The notes beneath the pieces are model-generated. The model was not told where the DNA came from. It worked only from the letters and a program-made list of their open reading frames with translations, and searched no databases. 32,778 nt of DNA. It comes from Candidatus Solincola tengchongensis. GTDB taxonomy: Bacteria; Actinomycetota; Geothermincolia; Geothermincolales; RBG-13-55-18. Position 1 is the stretch's first letter. Each line of letters begins with the position of its first letter. The DNA lies in assembly GCA_015711895.1 (NCBI GenBank), contig MU158606.1:1894-34671 (forward strand), in the 5' to 3' direction. Position numbers and translations under genes: made by a program. Positions 7,852 to 16,683 of the stretch are shown in pieces.

Positions 7852-9251
7852 TCAGAACGGCGGCTCCTCCCCGGTGAGGAGACGGTGGATGGCCCGGGCC
7901 GAGCGCTTGCCGGCTCCCATGGCCTCGATCACCGTGGCCGATCCGGTGACGATGTCTCCGCCGGCGAAGACGTTGGGTATGGAGGTCTGTCCCGTGTCCG
8001 GGTCGGCGTCGATGTACCCCCACCTGTTCAGCCTGAGCTCGGGTATGGTGGAGGGAAGGAGGGGGTTGGCCCGGGTGCCGATGGCCATGATGACCAGGTC
8101 GACCTCCATCTCGAACTCGGAACCCGGCACCGGCACCGGGCGCCTCCTGCCGCTCTCGTCCGGCTCGCCCAGCTCCATGCGTATGCATTCCATGGCCCGC
8201 ACCCACCCCTTCTCCCCCAGGATGCGCTGGGGAAGGGTGAGGAACTTGAAGCGCACCCCCTCCTCGGCAGCGTGGGCCACCTCCTCGGCCCGGGCGGGCA
8301 TCTCGGCCCGGGAGCGGCGGTAGACGATGGTCACTTCCTCGGCTCCCAGGCGTAGCGCGGTGCGGGCGCTGTCCAGGGCCACATTGCCTCCCCCGATCAC
8401 CGCCACCCGCCGGCCGCGCTTGATGGGGGTGTCGTATTGGGGGAAGAGGTAGGCCTTCATGAGGTGGGGGCGGGTGAGTTCTCCCCCGGTATATCCATGA
8501 ACATGGGCAGCCCGGCCCCGATGCCGATGAAGGCGGCGTGGTAACCGGAGTCCAGGAGTTCCTGCAGGGTGGTGGTGCAGCCGATGACCTGGTCCAGGAG
8601 GATCTCCACTCCCAGACTGCGGATGTACTCCACTTCCCTCTCCACGATGCTCTTGGGAAGGCGGAACTCCGGTATGCCGTAGGTGAGGACGCCGCCTGGG
8701 GCGTTGAGGGCTTCGAAGATGGTCACCTGGTGTCCCATGCGGGCCAGGTCTCCGGCGCAGGTGAGGCCCGCTGGCCCGGAGCCGATGACCGCCACCCGTT
8801 TGCCGGTGGGAGGGAGTACGGGAGGCACAGGGACGTTTCCCTGCGCCGCTTCGAAGTCGGCGGCGAAGCGCTCCAAGCGGCCGATGGCCACCGGCTCCCC
8901 CTTCTTGCCCAAGGTGCACTCCGCCTCGCACTGCGTCTCCTGGGGACATACCCGGCCGCAGATGGCGGGGAGGTTGTTCTTCTCCTTAAGCTTGGCCGCC
9001 GCCCCCAGGAAATCGCCCTTCTCTATGGAGGCGATGAAGGTGGGGATGTCGATCTCCACCGGGCACCCGGCAACGCAGGGTTTCTTGCGGCACTGCAGGC
9101 AACGGGAGGCTTCCGCCACGGCGTCTTCCTCGCGGTATCCCAGGGCTACCTCGTCGAAGTTCCCGGTCCTCGCGCGGGGGTCCTGTTCGGGCATGGGGTG
9201 GCGGGGCTCTCCGGAGCCGCGCCCGCGTTTTTCCTTTCCCTCTTTGTCCAT
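7852..9251 (-). pseudogene. nfnB: NfnB/SudA (glutamate synthase small-subunit-like) flavo-iron-sulfur oxidoreductase, frameshifted near 8478 (pseudogene or assembly error)
   Basis: The N-terminal half (9251-8478) has EASRCLQC..CVAGCP, ICGRVCPQE.QCE..C, GSGPAGL and YGIPEFRLPK. The C-terminal half, in another frame, has LMKAYLFP, GGGNVALD, YRRSR.EMPAR and FAGGDIVTGSATVI.AMGAG. The conserved LNGVYSANEF-type segment is missing at the junction. Confidence 0.88.
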
Positions 9252-9496
9252 GGTCCCCTCCTTTCCGCCGGTATTTTAGCACGCACAAACCTGCGTGTAG
9301 GATGGCGGGTGTTCTAATCGATAGGCGGGGGGCTAGGCATCGGAGTTTGGGGAGAGGAGGGCTATTCCACAGGATACCGTGGCATGCCGGAGTCCGGAAT
9401 CGGCGCATGCGCCGACGAAGTCCCAGGAAAAGGGAACCATTGAGCTGGAAGCATCATCCATTACTAAGGAGGACGGGACGGGCAAAGGAGGCTCTC

Positions 9497-10405
9497 ATGG
9501 GCCGGGGGATTAAATGGAAGATATTGTCAACTACGATTGTCGTGCTCTTGCTGGTGGCCGGGATTTTCATCCTCGGCTGCGGGGGACGCCAGGCGGAGGT
9601 GTCCTCCGAGGGGGGTAAGGGAGTCACGGAGAGCGGCGGGGAGGCGGAAAAGCCTCTCCTTGCCGGGGAAGCGCCGTCGCGGGAGCAGGCTTATCCAACC
9701 ACCGAAAGACCCGGAACCTCCGCCCTCCCGGAGGTCAAGGCCAGGGTCATAAAGACCGGGCTGGTGAAGATGAAGACAGACCGGGGTGGATATACGGGGA
9801 TACGGGAGAACGCCATGGCCCTGGTCACCGCGGCCGGAGGCTACATACAGGACGAGAGCTCAAGCCGGGACGAGGACGGCCTGGTCCATGCCACTCTCAC
9901 CCTGCGCGTGCCGGCGGAGGCCTTCGACCGTATCATGACCGGCATCTCTTCCCTGGGGGAGGTCCTCTCCACCCAGGTGAACACCAGCGACGTGAGTGCG
10001 GAATACGTGGACCTGGAGGCCAGGCTCAGGCACCTCCAGGCGGAAGAGGCCTTTTACCTCACCCTCATCGGGAAGGCAAGCACAGTCCAGGAGATGGTCA
10101 CCATAAGGGAGCACCTCTCCTCGGTACAGCTGCAGAAGGAGCAGGTGCAGGGCCGCATCAATTACCTCGACGGCCAGACGCAGTATTCCACGCTCACCCT
10201 CTCCGTGGACGAGGCGGGGCCGGAGGAGAAAGGCGGATTCTGGAATTCAGTGGGCCGCGCCTTCAGGGCCTTCGCCCGCGGCATGCGCGCCCTGGCTCTG
10301 GCCCTCTTCTATGCCCTCCCCTGGGTGGTACTGGCGGCCCTGTTGGGCCTGGTCGTCTACTTCGTGTCACGGGGGAGGAAAGGGAAGCCCCCGGAGGGGG
10401 AGTAG
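9497..10405 (+). CDS. DUF4349-domain lipoprotein
   Basis: ATG 9497 with AAGGAGG RBS; ILGC lipobox; LTLRVPAE.FD, DVSAEYVDLEARL and YSTLTL motifs; C-terminal TM helix. Confidence 0.85.
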   Translation: MGRGIKWKILSTTIVVLLLVAGIFILGCGGRQAEVSSEGGKGVTESGGEAEKPLLAGEAPSREQAYPTTERPGTSALPEVKARVIKTGLVKMKTDRGGYTGIRENAMALVTAAGGYIQDESSSRDEDGLVHATLTLRVPAEAFDRIMTGISSLGEVLSTQVNTSDVSAEYVDLEARLRHLQAEEAFYLTLIGKASTVQEMVTIREHLSSVQLQKEQVQGRINYLDGQTQYSTLTLSVDEAGPEEKGGFWNSVGRAFRAFARGMRALALALFYALPWVVLAALLGLVVYFVSRGRKGKPPEGE

Positions 10406-10601
10406 CCGGGAGGGAGGGCGATCACCGCGCATAGCGGGAGTCTTCCCGGGAGAAACAGAATCGCGTTCGCGACCCTGCGAGCCGTGTGTCGTGGAAGCTT
10501 TCAGGGAAACGAATCCGGGAAGACCCGGCCCACGCGATACGGGCGCAGGGACAGGTAAACCCTACCGAGCGGTGCGTATTTTTCCCCCCGCAGCAGGTGC
10601 G

Positions 10602-10796
10602 TCAGGAGGAGCGGGGACGCAGGAGCACTTTGTGGTCCAGGAAGGTGATGGACGCGATCTCCGCCTCCAGGACGCTTTCCTCCCCGATGATGTTGGTGAG
10701 GTGGACCTTCCCGCCCTCTTCCTTGATGTTCACCACGTCCTCCATGACCAGCTTCTCCTGGTCGCCCTCCAGTAGGTAGGCATGGGATTCACACAT
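10602..10796 (-). CDS. cooT: CooT-family nickel-binding protein
   Basis: 64 aa; MCESHAYL start (Cys2), ..LVMEDV, NIIGEE and C-terminal LDHKVLL are typical of CooT. Confidence 0.85.
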   Translation of the reverse strand: MCESHAYLLEGDQEKLVMEDVVNIKEEGGKVHLTNIIGEESVLEAEIASITFLDHKVLLRPRSS

Positions 10797-11199
10797 CCGG
10801 CTCCCCTCCAGGGTTTTCGAAGTGGATGCTGCGCACCAGGTGGTTCCAGCAGCATCCCACGCAGACCTCCACCACGTAGCAGGTGAAACTCCGGTACTTC
10901 TCCCGCAGCCCGTTGAATATGGTGCGGGTGGGAAAAACCCTCCCGTTGTCGTAGTTCAGCTCGTCCCCGTAGACGAAGTTGAGCAGGCGCAGCTTCTCGC
11001 GGCGGCAGATGGGACATGTGAAGCGGGTGTCCTCCCCCACGTTCCTGGCGATGCGCCTGATCTCGGGGTGGGCATCGCAGACGTCGTACACCGATAGCCT
11101 CCCGGCGCGGTAGTCGCGCAGGACGGAGCGTTTGCGCAGCGTGTAGTCCACCGTGGTGGCCACGCTCTTGATCTTCCCGCTTCTGAGTGCCGTATCCAT
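10789..11199 (-). CDS. DUF5318-like Cys-rich actinobacterial protein
   Basis: VDYTLRKRSVL, VCDAHPE, CPIC and YVVEVC..CCWNHL. Start placed at ATG 11199, 9 nt after a TATAAT box (11209-11214), i.e. a near-leaderless transcript. Confidence 0.78.
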   Translation of the reverse strand: MDTALRSGKIKSVATTVDYTLRKRSVLRDYRAGRLSVYDVCDAHPEIRRIARNVGEDTRFTCPICRREKLRLLNFVYGDELNYDNGRVFPTRTIFNGLREKYRSFTCYVVEVCVGCCWNHLVRSIHFENPGGEPDV

Positions 11200-11353
11200 A
11201 TCGGGATAATTATAACCCACCCGGGGGGCCGTGAGCCTCCCGTTACGGGTCGTGGAGGAAGGGTTGCCGGATCCCTTTTCGGCCTTTACGGGACCCTCCG
11301 GCCGTGAGGCCCGCTTTGGGTGATGACGCCGGTCGTTACGGCAGGGAGGGGGT

Positions 11354-11980
11354 TCAGGTGCGCTGGTCGGCGCTCTCCAGGCCTTTCAGGTGCGCGGTGT
11401 CGTTCATGCGGCGCAGCATCCAGACCCTTCCATCGTGGGAGATGACATTGATGGCCCCGTTGGACTGGTCCACCCTCCATATGCCCGAGGTGGAGAGGCC
11501 GAGCACGATGCAGATGATCATCCGGTTGATGAGTTTGTGCCCCACGAGGAGGACCCTTCCCGAATGCCTGTCCGCCAGCTCCTCCAGGCCCTCCCTCAGC
11601 CTCCTGCGCACCGCCTGGAGCGATTCGCCGCCGGGGAAGGTCACCTTTCCCGGATCTTCAACCCAGAGGCGGAAGACGTCCGGCCATCCCTCCCGGACCT
11701 CTTCCACGCTCTTTCCGCTCCATTCGCCGTAATCCACGTCGATGAAGCGGTCCAGGGGCTCCACCCTCCCCCCGTGGGGCTCAGCCACCGCGGAAGCGGT
11801 CTCCATCGACCTCCGCAGGGGGCTGGAGTAGAAAGCCTGGAAGGAGAGGTCGGAGAGGTAGTCGGCGGCCGCACGGGCCTGCCTCTTTCCCCTCCGGTTG
11901 AGGGGCAGGTCCACACGTCCCCGGAAGACGTCCGCCCGGTTGAACTCCGTCTCTCCGTGCCTCAGCAGGATTAGCTCCAA
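11354..11980 (-). CDS. Histidine phosphatase superfamily (PGM/CobC-like) protein
   Basis: LLRHGET.FN, YSSPLRRS.ETA, DYGEWSG, FPGGES, VGH and MNDTAHL motifs; TTG 11980 with a GGGAGAGG RBS. Confidence 0.9.
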   Translation of the reverse strand: MELILLRHGETEFNRADVFRGRVDLPLNRRGKRQARAAADYLSDLSFQAFYSSPLRRSMETASAVAEPHGGRVEPLDRFIDVDYGEWSGKSVEEVREGWPDVFRLWVEDPGKVTFPGGESLQAVRRRLREGLEELADRHSGRVLLVGHKLINRMIICIVLGLSTSGIWRVDQSNGAINVISHDGRVWMLRRMNDTAHLKGLESADQRT

Positions 11981-12050
11981 GGCCCTCTCCCTTCCGCGTC
12001 GTCCGCCGATCGAGGAAGTGATCTCCACATCACCCCACCTCGCGCCATTC

Positions 12051-12079
12051 AGGATAACCAAGCGGCAGGCGGGTGGCAA
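12051..12079 (-). promoter_or_regulatory. Sigma-A-type promoter for the histidine phosphatase gene
   Basis: TTGCCA-17 nt-TATCCT on the minus strand; supports the 11980 start over the 12106 ORF start. Confidence 0.55.
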
Positions 12080-12507
12080 CCCGGCCGACCTCCTCGGCCC
12101 GGTCACCGATTCGGGGATTCGGGGCGGTTGCCAGGGATAATGAATTCAACCCGTTTATTCGGGGCTGGCGGCGACCCCCTACGCCGTTGGCAACAGGATG
12201 GAAAGCTACTTCGGAGTGATCCTGTGGTGGATATGCCACGGAAAGTTCGGCGGTGTGTGTCGGATGAGTATGCACAGTGTTCCGTCACGGTTGTGAAAAA
12301 GGGAAAGGGCAGGCATCGTGTTCTATCCGCCTATCGGGGAGAGACAGGAGATTAGGGTCATGAAAGCCTTTCCCCAAGGCCCTTATCCGGTTGCATTGCC
12401 TCGAGGCGGATGCCGTCGCCGATTTCGATTGCGGGCTTTATTTCAATGGGGGCTTTATAGTCTGTATGAATATAAGCTTTGAGGTTTGTAGGGATTAACA
12501 TTCACGG

Positions 12508-12963
12508 TCATTGGTTGACCGCCCGAGCCGCCTCCAGGGCTTCCATGTATCCCTGGGTGGTGTAATAGATCGCCCGGTCGAAATACAGGACCACCTGGTT
12601 GTTGAGCTCCAGGGCCTGGTAAAGCTCCAGGTTGGTCTGGGTGAGCCCCTCGGAGAGTACCTCCAGCCAGAGGTAGCGTTTCAGGAGGATGAGGGCCATG
12701 AGGACCTCCTCCAGGCGGAACCCCTCCTGGAATCTGCTCTGTCCGAGGTTCATGTAGAAGTGCCGGATCTCCTCCTGCTGGGTCTCCGGGCTGAGCCAGT
12801 AACCCAGCCTCTCGTAGACGGCCATCGCCCTCTCGAAGAGCAGCTCTTCCGGGAAGTGGTGGTAGGTGGGGGTGTACTTGGACTGCCGGACTTCCTTCAA
12901 CCAGAGCTTGGCTACCTTGTCCGCCCTGGTCTCTATCATCTTGATGAACCGCCTGGTAAGCAC
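12508..12963 (-). CDS. Conserved hypothetical all-helical protein (possibly RsbRD-N/HisK-N-like sensor fold)
   Basis: GGAGGT RBS, GTG start and host-like codon usage; the ..LW...V, LG..RF.EGF.LEEV..AL..L...LW and FDRAIYY..QGY pattern resembles globin-like N-terminal sensor domains. Confidence 0.75.
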   Translation of the reverse strand: MLTRRFIKMIETRADKVAKLWLKEVRQSKYTPTYHHFPEELLFERAMAVYERLGYWLSPETQQEEIRHFYMNLGQSRFQEGFRLEEVLMALILLKRYLWLEVLSEGLTQTNLELYQALELNNQVVLYFDRAIYYTTQGYMEALEAARAVNQ

Positions 12964-13019
12964 GATTACCTCCGGTCTTGCTCCCGCTCCATGCTCCTGA
13001 CAGGGCGAAGGACACGCAT

Positions 13020-13047
13020 ATTATAACCCTTTCCCCCTCCTTTTCAA
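13020..13047 (-). promoter_or_regulatory. Sigma-A-type promoter for 12508-12963
   Basis: TTGAAA-16 nt-TATAAT on the minus strand. Confidence 0.65.
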
Positions 13048-13224
13048 ATTTGCCTTTTATTAACCGCTGAATTCGCCTTTCCCGGTGTGGAAGGGGGGTT
13101 TAAACGCCCATGGAGAGACCGGAAAAGGGGTTCCTTCCCTGCGTAGCGGAGCCCTGGCCCTGCCTCTTCCCGGGATGCCCTCTGCGCGCCCCGACCCCGG
13201 CTCAGGAAGGGGCGGGGACTTCCC

Positions 13225-13755
13225 TCACCCGGCGCATTCGCCGGGGTCGCCGCGGAGCTTGTCCAGCCCGTGGGGGAGGGCGGGAATGATGACCTCCAGG
13301 TTCTCCCTTGCCCCCCGGGGGCTTCCCGGGAGGTTGACGATTAGGGTGGATCCCCGGATGCCGCTCACCGCGCGGCTGAGCATGGCGTGGGGGGTCACCC
13401 GCAGGGAGGCGGCCCGCATGGCCTCCGCGAATCCGGGAGCTTCCCTCTCCACCACCCGGCGCGTGGCCTCGGGGGTCACGTCGCGAGGGCTCATCCCCGT
13501 GCCTCCGGTGGTCAGAACCAGGTCCACGCGCAGGTGATCGCAGAAGTGGCGGAGCCGCTCCTCGATCATCACTGCTTCGTCGGGGACCATCTCCCGCGCC
13601 TCGACCTTCCATCCCTCCCGGAGGACCACTTCCTCCACTGCCCGGCCGGAAAGGTCCTCCCGTTCCCCGGCGGCTCCCTTGTCGCTAACCGTGAGGATGG
13701 CCACCCTGAAGGGACGCCGGGGCGAGTCGGATTCGCCGTTGTGTTTAGGGCTCAC
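13225..13755 (-). CDS. mog: Molybdopterin adenylyltransferase (MogA/MoaB family)
   Basis: ILTVSD, REDLSG, TTGGTG.SPRDVTPEAT, MLSRAVSG and NLPGSP motifs. The GTG start at 13755 overlaps the MOSC stop (GTGA). Confidence 0.92.
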   Translation of the reverse strand: MSPKHNGESDSPRRPFRVAILTVSDKGAAGEREDLSGRAVEEVVLREGWKVEAREMVPDEAVMIEERLRHFCDHLRVDLVLTTGGTGMSPRDVTPEATRRVVEREAPGFAEAMRAASLRVTPHAMLSRAVSGIRGSTLIVNLPGSPRGARENLEVIIPALPHGLDKLRGDPGECAG

Positions 13756-14231
13756 TTCTCCTCCGCTTCCCGATCGCGGGGGCCTTCCTCCAGGACCTCG
13801 ATGCGGTCTCCCGCCTTTGCCGTGCCGCCCTTGAGGACGCGGGCGAAGATGCCCTCCCGCGGCATGATGCAGTCGCCGGCGGCGTAGTAGATGGCGCAGC
13901 GGTCCACGCACTCCTTGCCTATCTGGGTCACCTCGAGGAGGATGTCCTTTCCCACGCGCAGGCGGTCGCCCACCTTCAGGCGGGTCAGTTCCAGGCCCCG
14001 GGTGAGCAGGTTCTCCCCGAAAGCGCCCGGACGCAGGCCCTCGAGTCCCATGGCCCGCATCTTGTCCACGCTCTCCTCCGCCAGCAGGCTCACCTGACGG
14101 TGGCCGAATCCGGCGTGGGCGTCGCCCCGGATGCCCAGGTCCTCCACCAAGAGGACCTCCTCCACCTCCTCCTTCTGGACGTGCTTTTCCGCGCTCACGC
14201 AGACGGCCACCACCTCACCGCTGGTCATCAT
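13752..14231 (-). CDS. MOSC-domain protein
   Basis: GDAHAG..HRQVSLL, PGAFGENL, LEVTQIGKEC and CIMPREGIFARVL.GG motifs. Confidence 0.92.
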   Translation of the reverse strand: MMTSGEVVAVCVSAEKHVQKEEVEEVLLVEDLGIRGDAHAGFGHRQVSLLAEESVDKMRAMGLEGLRPGAFGENLLTRGLELTRLKVGDRLRVGKDILLEVTQIGKECVDRCAIYYAAGDCIMPREGIFARVLKGGTAKAGDRIEVLEEGPRDREAEEK

Positions 14232-14736
14232 CGCCTCCTCTGACGAAGGTCCCCGAGCGCCCTCCCGTCTTCCTCAGGAGCTGCAGGTCGGTCACGGTCA
14301 TGGAGCGGTCCACCGCCTTGCACATGTCGTAGATGGTCAGGGCGGCGACGGCGGCCCCGGTAAGGGCCTCCATCTCCACCCCGGTGCGGTCGCGGGTCCT
14401 CACCGTCACCAGCACGGTTATGGAGGAATCCGGCTCATCGACCCGGAAATCGGTCTCCACCGAGGTGACGGAGATGGGATGGCACATGGGGATGAGCTCC
14501 CCGGCACGTTTGGCGGCCATGATCCCCGCCACTCGCGCCACGGCCAGGACATCGCCCTTCTCCACCTCCCCGGCGACGATGAGCTTCAAGGTGGAGGGTC
14601 TCATCACCACTCTGGCCTGGGCCAGGGCCTCGCGGACGGTTACCGGCTTCCGGCTCACGTCCACCATCCTGGCCCTTCCCCGTTCGTCCAGGTGGGAAAG
14701 GGCATCGGCCGGTTTGCTCTCTTCGATGTCCGACAT
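14215..14736 (-). CDS. moaC: Cyclic pyranopterin monophosphate synthase MoaC
   Basis: LSHLDE.GRARMVDVS.K, KGDVL.VAR.AGIMAAK, LIPMCH, TGVEMEAL, IYDMCKAVD and KTGG.SG motifs. Confidence 0.96.
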   Translation of the reverse strand: MSDIEESKPADALSHLDERGRARMVDVSRKPVTVREALAQARVVMRPSTLKLIVAGEVEKGDVLAVARVAGIMAAKRAGELIPMCHPISVTSVETDFRVDEPDSSITVLVTVRTRDRTGVEMEALTGAAVAALTIYDMCKAVDRSMTVTDLQLLRKTGGRSGTFVRGGDDDQR

Positions 14737-14910
14737 CCAATGGCCTCCCTCTTCCCGGGGTCTCTCCTCTCACCACCGCTCACCGGGGGCGGAAGCACCC
14801 CGCTTAGGGTGTCGCCCTTCCTGACCCTTCCCTGACTTCCCCGCCGGTGGTATTGTGAGGCTCACCGGCCGGAAGGCCGGGCACGCGCCATATCATTTCC
14901 CGTATCGCGC

Positions 14911-15894
14911 TCATCCCCCGATGCGGGACATGTTCGTCTTGGTAAAAGATTCCAGTTTACCGTGGTCATAGGGTTTCTTGTCCAATGCCGTGAGGATGGC
15001 CCGGTAGATCTCCTCCTCGGTTTCCCGGTCGTCCTTTCCGCCCCGCAATATCCCTCTCACGTCCACCTCCTCCGTGGAGAAGAGGCAGGGCTTCATCCTC
15101 CCCTCTGCGGTGAGGCGCAGGCGGTTGCACTCCGGGCAGAAGTGGGAGCTCACAGGGGAGATGAAGCCTACCATCCCCCGCGCCCCGGGCAGCCGGTAAT
15201 AGCGCGCCGGGCCCGCGCCGAGGGGGGAAGGGGCCTCCTCCATGGCCCCGTGGCGCAGCAGGCGAGCTCGGATGACCCGGTTTGAGACGAAGTAGGAGGC
15301 GTCCACGGCCCCGCAAGGGCTCATGTATTCGATGAACCTGACGTGGACCGGCAGCCTGTACACCAGGTCCAGAAAGCCCTCTACCTCGTCGTTCAGGTGC
15401 TTAAGGGTCACCACGTTTATCTTCACCGGGTCCAGCCCGGCCTCCAGGGCCGCCTCCACCCCCTCCAGCGCCGTGGCGAGGTCGCCCCCACGGGTGAGGC
15501 GGCGGTAGGTCTCCGGGTGGAGGGAGTCGATACTCACGTTCACCCTCTTGAGGCCGGCTGCGGCCAGGCTCTCCGCCTTCTTGGCCAGAAGGGTGCCGTT
15601 GGTGGTGAGGGAGATGTCCAGTCGGGGACGCAGGGAGGCGATGCCCCTCACCAGCTCCTCCACGTCCCTGCGTACCAGGGGCTCCCCTCCGGTCAGGCGA
15701 ACCTTGCCGATGCCCGCCCGCAGCGCAACCCGCAGGAAGCGCAGTATCTCCTCGTAGGTGAGGATCTCCGCATGGTCGAGGTGAGGGACGCCCTCGGGGG
15801 GCATGCAATAGATGCAACGCAGGTTGCACCGGTCGGTGACCGCAAGGCGGAGGTAATCGATGCGCCTCGAAAAGCGGTCCACCAGGACTTTCAT
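14911..15894 (-). CDS. moaA: GTP 3',8-cyclase MoaA
   Basis: YLRLAVTDRCNLRCIYCMP, RLTGGEPL, TTNG, RFIEYM, FCPECNRLRLT...KPCLF and C-terminal IGG. Confidence 0.97.
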   Translation of the reverse strand: MKVLVDRFSRRIDYLRLAVTDRCNLRCIYCMPPEGVPHLDHAEILTYEEILRFLRVALRAGIGKVRLTGGEPLVRRDVEELVRGIASLRPRLDISLTTNGTLLAKKAESLAAAGLKRVNVSIDSLHPETYRRLTRGGDLATALEGVEAALEAGLDPVKINVVTLKHLNDEVEGFLDLVYRLPVHVRFIEYMSPCGAVDASYFVSNRVIRARLLRHGAMEEAPSPLGAGPARYYRLPGARGMVGFISPVSSHFCPECNRLRLTAEGRMKPCLFSTEEVDVRGILRGGKDDRETEEEIYRAILTALDKKPYDHGKLESFTKTNMSRIGG

Positions 15895-15948
15895 CTCTAA
15901 GCTCCCTTCCCAGGTGGGGTGGAACCTCGCCGCGGGTTCACCCTCGCC

Positions 15949-16350
15949 TCATTCGGCAAGAAGCGGTTCGATCCGGGCACGTATGGCGTCCTCGGTCTGG
16001 TAACCCACGAGGCGGGAGGCCTCGTTGCCGTCGCGGTCCAGAAAGACGAGGGTGGGCGTGGCCGAGATGTGGTAACCGGAAGCCTTTTCCGTCTCCTCCC
16101 AAACGTTGATCTCAGTGAAGTCCACCCTTCCCGCGTATTCCTCCGCCAGCCGAGCCAGCACGGGCTCGAGTTCCCGGCAGGGTGTTCACCCGGGCTGCCA
16201 GAAGTTCACTACCTGCGGCCTTCCCGCCGCCTTCCCGGGAGCTGGTTCCTTTTCTGTTTTCTCTCCGCATCCCGGGAAAAGCATCAGCGCCGCTATAGCG
16301 AGTATCACCGGCACCACGTACTCTGAAAGCCTGTAGCGCCCGGACATCAT
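15949..16350 (-). CDS. Thioredoxin-like lipoprotein with in-frame UGA (probable selenocysteine, UxxC)
   Basis: ORFs 16186-16428 and 15949-16161 are in the same frame. Read-through gives MMSGRY...LMLFPGC...PQVVNFWQPG-U-TPCRELEPVLARLAEEYAGRVDFTEINV...YHISATPTLVFLDRDGNE..RLVG, a complete Trx fold with cis-Pro TPT. AGGAG RBS. Confidence 0.85.
16143..16180 (-). promoter_or_regulatory. Putative bacterial SECIS hairpin
   Basis: Starts 5 nt after the UGA: lower stem CUGCCGG/CUGGCGG (two G-U pairs), upper stem CGAGCC/GGCUCG and loop CGUGCU with G at position 2; 23 nt separate the UGA from the loop. Confidence 0.6.
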
Positions 16351-16381
16351 AACTCCTGTAATAAAGGGCCGCCTCGCTGCG

Positions 16382-16390
16382 ATTATAGCA
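16382..16390 (-). promoter_or_regulatory. Extended -10 promoter (TGcTATAAT) for the Trx-moaA operon
   Basis: The minus strand reads TGTGCTATAAT ~30 nt upstream of ATG 16350. Confidence 0.6.
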
Positions 16391-16683
16391 CAGAGGATTC
16401 TCAAAGCCGCGTGCCTGTTTCCGCGCATAGTAGTCGCAGAGCGACTTTTAGAACCCCGGTCACCGTCGAGACCGGGGACGAAGCCGCCTTCCGGGCCGCC
16501 GTTTTCACATATTGTGTTACATTTTTTCGAAATGGGACACGAAAAGAGTTCCTGCGTGCTTCTCGGGCCGTGCCTTTTCCGGCCACTCGCGCCTCAAGGC
16601 CGGCCATGAGCCTCCGGTTCCCGCAGGGTGTGTCCGGACCGAACGGTGTCCATCTGCGCGAGAAGCGCTCGACGGAACGGTCA

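Noticed and set aside
8457-8459. TGA ending the nfnB N-terminal ORF as a selenocysteine or programmed frameshift site
   Set aside because: The stop lies in the shifted frame after a deletion, is not at a Cys position and has no slippery sequence; ten conserved residues are simply absent.
9302-9496. Extended start of the DUF4349 ORF
   Set aside because: The RBS and lipoprotein signal support ATG 9497.
13756-13911. Longer mog ORF start at 13911
   Set aside because: It overlaps the MOSC gene; the GTG at 13755 coupled to the MOSC stop fits MogA length.
14740-14910. Moco/Wco riboswitch between moaA and moaC (CACCCTAAGCGGGGTG)
   Set aside because: Only a CTAAG-containing hairpin matches; the GAAA-loop stem and CUCC/GAAAGG elements are not evident. 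An Rfam scan would settle it.
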